From the IMG/VR virus record IMGVR_UViG_3300033074_000450, positions 1 through 64,000 of that record: a stretch of 64,000 nucleotides of DNA, one strand, 5' to 3'. The translations under genes and the position numbers were made by a program. This stretch comes from a virus (taxonomy: Duplodnaviria > Heunggongvirae > Uroviricota > Caudoviricetes). Within the stretch, counting starts at the first letter, position 1. Each line of letters starts with the position of its first letter. Positions 9,068-16,806 of this stretch are shown here, in pieces. Below the pieces are notes generated by a model, which was given only the letters and a program-made list of their open reading frames with translations, was not told the origin of the DNA and made no database searches.

Positions 9068-10669
9068 ATGAACAAAAGAATTATCAGTAAAGAAGCCCTT
9101 GCAGTAAAAACTGTAGAAGGTGTCTCAGAAATAGCCGCTGTAGTCAAACGTACTCTAGGCCCAGGAGGTCTTCCCATTTTGATACAACGTACAGGATTCC
9201 AACCTAACGGAGACCCTCTTGGTCCCAAAATTACCAAGGATGGGGTTTCAGTAGCCGATGAGTGTTTTTCTCCTGACCCAGAAAAAGACCTTGTAATGCA
9301 AGCAGTTAAGGCTATTTGTCGTAGAACTAATTCAGTAGCAGGTGATGGAACCACTACCGCAATCGTTTTAGGAGAGGCTATCTTAAAAGAAACCCTTTCA
9401 GAACTCGAATCTGACAAAAAACTAAATCCACAATTAGTCCGAGAATCCGTTGAAGCTGCTGCCAAAGAAGTTATGGCAGTTTTAAAAGCTCAGGCAGTTC
9501 AGGTAAAAGACCCTAAAATCATTGCCCAAGTAGCTACGATTTCTGCCAACGGTGAGACTGAAATTGGAGATGTAATCGGTGAGGCTTTCAAACGAGTTGG
9601 AGCTGAAGGAGTTGTGACTGTAGACGAAGGTCACGGAACCAGCGTATCTTTGGACGTAGTTGATGGCTACCAGATTCAACGAGGAGCTGAAGCTAGAGAT
9701 GGTTTTTTCAACAATAAAGAAATGACTCAGTTTGAAGCTGAAGATGCAAGGCTTCTACTTTTTGATGGTAAGCTTCTGAATTTCACAACTTTGATTCCCA
9801 TGCTCACGAAGCTTGCCAAAGAAAACAATAATAAGATGCCTCCCGTTGTAATTCTTGCAAATGAGTACAGTAATGAAGTTCTTCAGTGGCTTCTAATTCA
9901 GAAGGCAGAAGTAGGAATGCAATTTGTGGCAGTTCGAGGTCCACATACTACGCATGTTCGTTCTGGATACTATGATGATATTGCTGCTATGTCTGGAGGA
10001 ACCCGTTTAGGTAACGGTGGACGAAGCTTGGAAGCTGGAGAAGCTGAAGACTTTGGCCTAATTAAGAAGGTTGTAGTTGATAAATACACTACCACTTTTT
10101 ACGAAGGTCAAGGAGATGAAGAAGAAGTAATCGAGCGTGTGAAACAGCTAAAAGCTCTTAAATCTAAAGCTGAAACTCCTTATGATGCCCAAGTAGTTGG
10201 AGACCGTATTGCGGCTCTTACTCAAGGTATCGCTAAGATTGGAGTTGGAGGCTCAACTGACCTAGAAATCAAAGAAAAGTATGACCGTATTGAGGATGCT
10301 CTGAACGCTGCTCGTGCAGCTATCCAAGAAGGAATCATTCCAGGTGGAGGAGTTACTCTACTCAAGATTGCCATTGAATTAGGCAGTAAGAGTATTGGTC
10401 ATAAAATTTTAGCTCGTGCTCTTCAAAAACCCTTTTATCAAATTCTTGAGAACATCGGGTATGAAATCACTCAAGAAGAGTTTGAAGAAATCATGAAGAA
10501 TAAAGATTTTACATACGATGCAAGAAATAAAAAAGTTGTGAATTCATTAGACTCTGGAATCATTGACCCAGTTAAGGTAACGAGAACAGGTTTAGAGAAT
10601 GCAGTTAGTATCGCTAGTTTGTTGTCTACAGCAGGAGGCGGTATTGTGTTTGTCAAGGATGACAAGTAG
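9068..10669 (+). CDS. groEL: Chaperonin GroEL (Cpn60)
   Basis: VKRTLGPGG, ITKDGVSVA, VAGDGTTTA and GIIPGGGV motifs are colinear with bacterial GroEL. Start trimmed to Met11, which has a GGAG RBS. Confidence 0.9.
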   Translation: MNKRIISKEALAVKTVEGVSEIAAVVKRTLGPGGLPILIQRTGFQPNGDPLGPKITKDGVSVADECFSPDPEKDLVMQAVKAICRRTNSVAGDGTTTAIVLGEAILKETLSELESDKKLNPQLVRESVEAAAKEVMAVLKAQAVQVKDPKIIAQVATISANGETEIGDVIGEAFKRVGAEGVVTVDEGHGTSVSLDVVDGYQIQRGAEARDGFFNNKEMTQFEAEDARLLLFDGKLLNFTTLIPMLTKLAKENNNKMPPVVILANEYSNEVLQWLLIQKAEVGMQFVAVRGPHTTHVRSGYYDDIAAMSGGTRLGNGGRSLEAGEAEDFGLIKKVVVDKYTTTFYEGQGDEEEVIERVKQLKALKSKAETPYDAQVVGDRIAALTQGIAKIGVGGSTDLEIKEKYDRIEDALNAARAAIQEGIIPGGGVTLLKIAIELGSKSIGHKILARALQKPFYQILENIGYEITQEEFEEIMKNKDFTYDARNKKVVNSLDSGIIDPVKVTRTGLENAVSIASLLSTAGGGIVFVKDDK

Positions 10670-10675
10670 TTCGTA

Positions 10676-10716
10676 GGAGCCTCTAGAAAATCCCCCACTA
10701 GAGGCTCCGTTTTTCT
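10676..10716 (+). terminator. Rho-independent terminator after groEL
   Basis: GGAGCCTCTAG-aaaatccccca-CTAGAGGCTCC followed by GTTTTT. Confidence 0.7.
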
Positions 10717-10768
10717 TTACAAAAAAATAAAATCTGATAGAATTTAATCACACACAAAGGAGCGTGAG

Positions 10769-12577
10769 ATGAAAAGATTTCAGCCTGAAGGCTTCTCTGA
10801 GCAAATCTTCAAAGACAGATACGCATTTACAGAGTCAGAAACATGGGAAGAAGCTTGTCAGCGAGTGGCAAGACAAATGTCCAGTGCAGAACAATCCGAA
10901 AAAGTAGAAAAATACCAAGAAAAATTCTTTGATATCTTAGTCAATAATTTTTTCGTACCAGGAGGACGCATCTGGTACAACTCAGGTAGACCCAATCCAC
11001 AACTATTGAACTGCTTCGTTCTCGGTAACGAGCTAGATTCTAAAGAAGGCTGGGCAAGGCTTTCCTACGAGAACATTGTAACCTCAATGACTGGAGGAGG
11101 ATGTGGGCAAGACTATAGTGACGTTAGACCTCATGGAGCCATCATCAGTGGTCACAGAGGTATTTGTCCAGGACCAGTAGAGCTTATGCGGCTCATCAAC
11201 CATAATGGGAAATCAGTCAGAGCAGGTGGAGGACGTAGGGTAGCTAATATGTTCTCATTGGATGGAGAGCATCCAGACGTTCTAGAATTCCTTGATGCCA
11301 AGCTGGTTAAGGGTGAGCTTGACATGGCTAACGTGTCAGTTCGTATGAGAAATACTCAAAAGTTTATTGACGCTGTTAAAAATGACTCAGACTGGGAACT
11401 TTCCTGGAAAGGTCAATATAAGAAGAAAATTAAAGCCCGTGAGTTCTGGGATAAGATTGTAAAAAATGCATACGATTCAGCGGAGCCTGGGTTTCTCAAT
11501 ATGGAACTGGCTCTCAGTGAATCCAATATCCATTATGTGGAAGACCTTGTTACAACTAATCCATGCGGAGAGATTTTCCTATCTCCTTACGACTGTTGCT
11601 GTTTGGGACATCTCGTTTTGACTCGTTTTGTAAAAGATTCAGAGGTTGACTGGCACTTGATGGCAGAAGTAATTCGTAACGCTGTTAGGTTTTTAGACAA
11701 TGTACTTTCAGTGAACTCTTTTCCTCTTCCTGAGATGAAAGCTAAGAGTACCAAGCTCCGAAGAATTGGCTTGGGAACTACAGCTCTGGCAGATATGTTA
11801 ATTTTACTCGGTATCAAGTATGGTTCTAAAGAAGGCAATGAGTTCATTGACAAGCTCTACAGATTCATCTCTAAAGCTGCCTACGAAGCCTCAGTAATGC
11901 TTGCCATCGAGAAAGGCTCCTTTCCAGCATGTAAGCCAGACAAACATGTGGAATCGGGTTTTATGAAGCGTATGCCTAAGAAGATTCGGGCTTTGGTCAA
12001 AGAACACGGTATTCGTAACTGTGCAATTCTTACACAAGCTCCAACCGGAACCGTTTCAATTTTGTCTGGAAACTGTTCAGCAGCTATTGAACCTATTTTT
12101 GGTTTTGCATATTGGAGAAATTACTGGGATGGAGAAGTGAGAAAACGTGAGCTTTGTTTCCATCCTTTGTTCAAACAATTTCTGGACGAAGGAAAAGATG
12201 TAAGTCATTTCGTTGCAGCTAGAGAGCTTTCAATCAGAGACCACATGGAAGTTCAGAAGATTGTTCAAAGTCACATGGACAACGCAGTTTCAAAGACCAT
12301 AAACATTGCAAAAGAGTTTGCAGATATTACAAAGATGTCTGAGCTTTGGCTTGAATACCTTCCTTATTTGAAGGGAACCACTTTTTATCGTGAAGGCAGT
12401 CGAAATTATGTGGATGCAAATGGAGTTGAGCATGAACCCCCATTGGTAGAAATCCCTTTGGACGAAGCTCTTAAACTGTATAAAGAACAAAAAGAAAAAA
12501 TTACAATCAACAAGGAAGATGAAATTGATTGTGCAACAGGTGTTTGCGAGATTCCAAATGACCGAAAAAAAGATTAA
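10769..12577 (+). CDS. nrdJ: Ribonucleotide reductase catalytic subunit, probably class II monomeric (NrdJ-like)
   Basis: TNPCGEI active-site motif and a C-terminal Cys pair (CATGVCEIP). No NrdB-like partner gene is present in the window. AAGGAG RBS. Confidence 0.65.
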   Translation: MKRFQPEGFSEQIFKDRYAFTESETWEEACQRVARQMSSAEQSEKVEKYQEKFFDILVNNFFVPGGRIWYNSGRPNPQLLNCFVLGNELDSKEGWARLSYENIVTSMTGGGCGQDYSDVRPHGAIISGHRGICPGPVELMRLINHNGKSVRAGGGRRVANMFSLDGEHPDVLEFLDAKLVKGELDMANVSVRMRNTQKFIDAVKNDSDWELSWKGQYKKKIKAREFWDKIVKNAYDSAEPGFLNMELALSESNIHYVEDLVTTNPCGEIFLSPYDCCCLGHLVLTRFVKDSEVDWHLMAEVIRNAVRFLDNVLSVNSFPLPEMKAKSTKLRRIGLGTTALADMLILLGIKYGSKEGNEFIDKLYRFISKAAYEASVMLAIEKGSFPACKPDKHVESGFMKRMPKKIRALVKEHGIRNCAILTQAPTGTVSILSGNCSAAIEPIFGFAYWRNYWDGEVRKRELCFHPLFKQFLDEGKDVSHFVAARELSIRDHMEVQKIVQSHMDNAVSKTINIAKEFADITKMSELWLEYLPYLKGTTFYREGSRNYVDANGVEHEPPLVEIPLDEALKLYKEQKEKITINKEDEIDCATGVCEIPNDRKKD

Positions 12578-13007
12578 GAGTTATTTGAGAATTGCAGGGA
12601 GCGTCAGTGAGGATTCACATGATGCTCAAACTAAAGTAGGATATGTCTTGGTTCATGGCAAGACAGGTGCTATAATCGCTACAGGATACAATGGGTTTAT
12701 CAGGGGAGCCAATGATTCCAAGCTCCCCAGAACTAGACCTGAAAAATATCCTTACATGATTCATTCCGAAGCCAACTTGATTTGCAACGCAGTAAGGCAT
12801 GGAATTTCTACAGATGGTTGTTATTTGGTAGGAACGCTTAGTCCTTGTGTAAATTGTTTACGGTTAATTTACCAGAGTGGAATTACTACAGTGTTCTTCA
12901 AAGATAAATATACGGACTTCGATACGAATTGTCAGATGCAAGATATCGAAGTTCTGTTGACAGAGCTTGAGGGATTTTATAGAATCGACTTAAAGCCGAG
13001 AACTTAG
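12558..13007 (+). CDS. dCMP deaminase (cytidine/deoxycytidylate deaminase zinc-binding family)
   Basis: HSEANLI...SPCVNC zinc-binding H(A/C)E...PCxxC motif and VGYVLVH. Start trimmed to Met14; overlaps the nrdJ 3' end. Confidence 0.75.
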   Translation: MTEKKIKSYLRIAGSVSEDSHDAQTKVGYVLVHGKTGAIIATGYNGFIRGANDSKLPRTRPEKYPYMIHSEANLICNAVRHGISTDGCYLVGTLSPCVNCLRLIYQSGITTVFFKDKYTDFDTNCQMQDIEVLLTELEGFYRIDLKPRT

Positions 13008-13014
13008 GAAATTT

Positions 13015-13587
13015 ATGTTCAAAAAAGATGACTTAGTAACAGTACAGCTAGATGAGACTAACAAAGCCTCGAACACCTACATTGTTCTGGGACATATAGT
13101 CGATGATGAAGGTGACGCTACAGATGCAGTAGCCTTATTTCATCCCCTACATCCCAAATGCTTTGTAATTAAGCACATTTCAGAATTGAATAAAGTACAA
13201 GCCAATCTCAAAGACTCTACAGAACGCTCTCTAGAGTTCTCAATGAAATTTCAAGATTACCTAGACCACAACTCCAAGGGAGATTTAGAGGCTCTCAGAC
13301 TCTATTTCGTAGTTCATAGAAAACTTACAAACCGACAAAAGAACAACCTAGCCAATATATGTGGCACTATAGCTTCCATCCATTTTAACAATGACATTTC
13401 TATCGCAATCAGATATGTTATTGAAAATAATGCAGTACTTGATGAATTTAATAAGATGTGGTACATAAACTTTAAGGACTTGTTTATGGGCAGAAAACCA
13501 ATAGTAAGTCCGAAACAACGAGCTTCAATTTTTAATATTGCTGGTTTTGTACTAGCAGAATTGGAAAGTCAGAAGACGAAGAAGTGA
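13015..13587 (+). CDS. Hypothetical protein
   Basis: 190 aa, no recognisable motif. Confidence 0.4.
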   Translation: MFKKDDLVTVQLDETNKASNTYIVLGHIVDDEGDATDAVALFHPLHPKCFVIKHISELNKVQANLKDSTERSLEFSMKFQDYLDHNSKGDLEALRLYFVVHRKLTNRQKNNLANICGTIASIHFNNDISIAIRYVIENNAVLDEFNKMWYINFKDLFMGRKPIVSPKQRASIFNIAGFVLAELESQKTKK

Positions 13588-13610
13588 TATAATAACAGAA
13601 GGGTTGTAAC

Positions 13611-14003
13611 ATGAATCCGAAAGACTATGTAACAAATGCAGCGAAGACAGACCACAGAGATTATGGTCCAGTAGTTGAAAGAATTTCAAATGAGGAAACT
13701 GCGAAACTTTTACACTATGTTCTTGGTCTTTGCACAGAAACAGGGGAGCTTCAAGACGCTCTCAAAAAATTCGTAGCATACGGAAAACCTATTGATAAAG
13801 TGAATTTAAAAGAAGAACTCGGAGATGTACTTTGGTACATAGCAAGGATTTGCGGAGAGTTAAATTTTTCTTTTGAAGAGATAATGGAAATAAACATTAA
13901 CAAACTTAAGGCTCGATACGGTGAGAAATTCACGGAAGAAGCGGCTCTGAACCGAGACCTAACCAAAGAACGCAAGGTTCTTGAAAATAAGGGACAAGAG
14001 TAA
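13611..14003 (+). CDS. mazG: MazG-like nucleoside triphosphate pyrophosphohydrolase
   Basis: EELGDVLWY motif and size typical of phage MazG. Confidence 0.7.
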   Translation: MNPKDYVTNAAKTDHRDYGPVVERISNEETAKLLHYVLGLCTETGELQDALKKFVAYGKPIDKVNLKEELGDVLWYIARICGELNFSFEEIMEININKLKARYGEKFTEEAALNRDLTKERKVLENKGQE

Positions 14004-15661
14004 TGGCTTCTAATAAAAAGAAAACACAGAAACAACCAAAAGACACAAAAGAATCATTAGTTGAAAAATATCTAAAATATGTAGAAAAGTTTAAAAGAGT
14101 TCCATCTCTTTCTCAACTAAATGAAATTGGAATCACAAGAAATGCCATCAGGCATCACTTCGGTAGCAATACTCAGCTCTACCGATTCATGAAGAAGAAT
14201 CATGCAGATGCAATGAACTTCATCGTAGACGAGAGTCTGTTTACTCGTAAGCAGTTTTCTGAAATTAAAAAAGAAGCCAATAATTATAGCCGATTTGTGG
14301 TCACTACAGCCGTAGTTGAAAAACCCCTTCATTTAGAATTCTATCAAGCTTTAAAAAACTATTGTGAGAAGAACAACGCTCTTCTCCTGATTCTGCCTTG
14401 TCAAGACGTAGCTAATCGTTCAACTCTTAATGATTGGACTTTAGCTCCCCAGCTTCACGGAGAGCGAATTATATTTGATGACCTGACTCTGAACTCTAAG
14501 ATTTTTATTAGTTCAATCGGTCAATCAGCAAAACAAATCAATCCTACAACTGGTTTAGGACGCATTGGACAGAAGAATGGTTCCATGATTATTTCTTCTC
14601 CTAAACAAGCTCTAGAATACATCCAAGTTACAAATAAACGTAAGATTCCTCGTGCCATCATGTCTACTGGAGCCATCACTAAAAATGATTATCGAACAGA
14701 CCTGTATATGAGTCGTAGAACATCCTATATTGCAGAGAATGACCATGTTCTAGGTGCTCTAATTGTAGAGATTGCTGACTCTAAGAAGTTCTTCTTCCGT
14801 CAGATTCAAGCAGACCCAAAAACTGGCTCATTCGCAGATTGTGGCATCAAGTACCTAGCTAATGGTAAAGTTGAAGAGTATCTTCCACAAGCTATTGTAT
14901 TGGGAGATTACCATGCTGGAGAGACTGACCCAGTTGTAAAGCGTGTGACCAAAGAAATCATCATGGCTACTAGACCACAAGATTTGATTCTTCATGACCT
15001 TTTCGATGGTAAGTCAATTTCTCACCATGATATGGGTAAGCCTCTAGTTAAAGCTAAGAAGGCTATGTTGAACTTATTGTCACTTCAAAACGAAGTACGA
15101 TTCATGAATAAAGAATTAGACGAAGTTTCTGAATGGGTAGATGGAAGTACTGTCATTGTAAAATCTAACCATGACGAAGTGTTACAACGATATCTAGTAG
15201 AAGGTCGATACGTTAAAGACGATAATAACCACTACTACGCTCTTGACCTAGCCAAGAAATATCTTGAGGGAAAAGACCCACTTCAATACGCTTCTGAAGT
15301 AGTTGAAGGACTTAAGAACCGTGAAAGAATTATATGGCTACAGCGTGAAGAAGAGTACATGATTGGCAACGTAGAATGCGGTTCTCATGGAGATGGCTGG
15401 GGAGTTTCAATGCAATCTCTAGAAAAAGCCCTTGGAAATGCAGTAGTTGGACACTCTCATACCGCTGGTATTTGGAGAGGCATCTTCCGTGTGGGAACAT
15501 CTACGAAGCTTCAGCAGGATTATAACATCGGTGGATTGTCAAGCTGGACGCATACTCATTGCTTGGTATATCCTAATGGTCAAAGACAGTTGATTAACAT
15601 TATCAACGGTGAGTGGAGACTAGAAAGAGAAGCTTTCAAATTAAAGAAGAAAGCTGCTTGA
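14003..15661 (+). CDS. Two-domain protein: N-terminal domain of unknown function plus C-terminal calcineurin-like metallophosphoesterase
   Basis: Metallophosphoesterase motifs in order: LGDYHAG, HDLFDG, KSNHDE, GSHGD, GHSHTAG. Confidence 0.5.
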   Translation: MASNKKKTQKQPKDTKESLVEKYLKYVEKFKRVPSLSQLNEIGITRNAIRHHFGSNTQLYRFMKKNHADAMNFIVDESLFTRKQFSEIKKEANNYSRFVVTTAVVEKPLHLEFYQALKNYCEKNNALLLILPCQDVANRSTLNDWTLAPQLHGERIIFDDLTLNSKIFISSIGQSAKQINPTTGLGRIGQKNGSMIISSPKQALEYIQVTNKRKIPRAIMSTGAITKNDYRTDLYMSRRTSYIAENDHVLGALIVEIADSKKFFFRQIQADPKTGSFADCGIKYLANGKVEEYLPQAIVLGDYHAGETDPVVKRVTKEIIMATRPQDLILHDLFDGKSISHHDMGKPLVKAKKAMLNLLSLQNEVRFMNKELDEVSEWVDGSTVIVKSNHDEVLQRYLVEGRYVKDDNNHYYALDLAKKYLEGKDPLQYASEVVEGLKNRERIIWLQREEEYMIGNVECGSHGDGWGVSMQSLEKALGNAVVGHSHTAGIWRGIFRVGTSTKLQQDYNIGGLSSWTHTHCLVYPNGQRQLINIINGEWRLEREAFKLKKKAA

Positions 15662-15725
15662 CGTTAGAAATTGGATTTAGTAAGATAAGTACATCGTAAC
15701 CAAAACCATTTATAGGAGGTATTAA

Positions 15726-16331
15726 ATGGCATTAGAAAACTACGTTCCAGTCACATTGCGACTGAAACAACTCAGAGAAGATAACAAGGATAAACAGGTT
15801 CTTGTTAAAACCGAAGTTACAGTATCTTTTGAAAAAGAAGCTGCATACTTCAAAGCAACAATTGAAATTGAAGGTAAATTGGTAGCTATGGGTCATGCCC
15901 TTGCTCCAGCTCTCGGAGAAGATAAAGAATTCGAGAAAGCTGAAACTGCTGCTATCGGTCGTGCTCTTGCCAATCTTGGCTATGCGGCTGAAGATGAGGA
16001 TGCTGATTCAAGCTCTTCAAAAAAATCCAGCAGCAAGAAATCATCTAAGGGCTTAGGCGGTCTTGGTAAGAAAGCGTCTAAGAAAAAAGACGAAGATGAG
16101 GATGAAGAAGAGGACGATGAAGATGATTCTGAGGAAGAAGAATCTGAAGATGAAGAGTCTGAAGACGAGGAAGAATCTGATGAAGAGGATTCCGAAGAAG
16201 AAGATGAAGATTCTGACGATGATGAAGAATCAGAGGACGAAGAAGAGTCTGAAGAGGAAGAAGAGAAACCAAAAAAATCTGTTGGAAAAAGCAAACTTAG
16301 CGGTGTAATGGCTAAGTATGGTCTCAAATAA
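15726..16331 (+). CDS. Highly acidic protein with a roughly 100-aa D/E/S low-complexity tail; possible SSB-like, DNA-mimic or chaperone protein
   Basis: The C-terminal 100 aa are almost all D/E/S; the N-terminal region looks beta-rich. Confidence 0.5.
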   Translation: MALENYVPVTLRLKQLREDNKDKQVLVKTEVTVSFEKEAAYFKATIEIEGKLVAMGHALAPALGEDKEFEKAETAAIGRALANLGYAAEDEDADSSSSKKSSSKKSSKGLGGLGKKASKKKDEDEDEEEDDEDDSEEEESEDEESEDEEESDEEDSEEEDEDSDDDEESEDEEESEEEEEKPKKSVGKSKLSGVMAKYGLK

Positions 16332-16345
16332 CAAGGAGCTTAACA

Positions 16346-16684
16346 ATGGCATTAGGAAGTAAAAAATCAAAATCTTCAAAGGGTGGAAAGTCATCCAAGA
16401 AGAAATCAAAAAAGGATAACTCAAGCAAGCGTTATGTTGCATCCATCTGGGACAATGAAGGAGACAACGGAAACTACTTGAGCTTATCAGTCGATAACCT
16501 AGACCCAGACAGTGAATATCACAAGGGTAGTCTTATTTGGTTCGATAAAGAAACCGAGAAGTACTACAAAGTGAAATCAATGTCAGTATATGGAGCCGAT
16601 AAGGGTCCACGAAATCTCACCAACAAACTCGTACTTGATTTGGAGAACGAGTATCATGTTGAAGAGATGGAAGCTGACGAGTAA
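16346..16684 (+). CDS. Small protein with a lysine/serine-rich basic N-terminus
   Basis: MALGSKKSKSSKGGKSSKKKSKKDNSSKR then a beta-rich core. Charge-complementary to the preceding acidic protein. Confidence 0.45.
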   Translation: MALGSKKSKSSKGGKSSKKKSKKDNSSKRYVASIWDNEGDNGNYLSLSVDNLDPDSEYHKGSLIWFDKETEKYYKVKSMSVYGADKGPRNLTNKLVLDLENEYHVEEMEADE

Positions 16685-16713
16685 CTTTAATAATTGGATA
16701 ATGACTATTACCT

Positions 16714-16789
16714 CCCCTACTGGTAGTCATTTTGCGTAGGGGACGGGTTGGAGAACGGCTTGCCAAAGCTCTGGCTCGTCCCCGTTTTT
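16714..16789 (+). terminator. Terminator with an overlapping alternative (antiterminator-like) hairpin
   Basis: Hairpin A: CCCCTAC (16714..16720) pairs with GTAGGGG (16736..16742). Hairpin B: GGGGACG (16739..16745) pairs with CGTCCCC (16777..16783), followed by a T-run. The two share the GGGG. Confidence 0.55.
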
Positions 16790-16806
16790 CTTAAACGGGA
16801 AGGTTT

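Noticed and set aside
15980-16442. Minus-strand and alternative-frame ORFs (115, 81, 64 and 70 aa) over the acidic-tail region
   Set aside because: Produced by the GAA/GAT/TCT-rich repeat, which is open in all frames. The poly-S and poly-K/R translations are artefacts.
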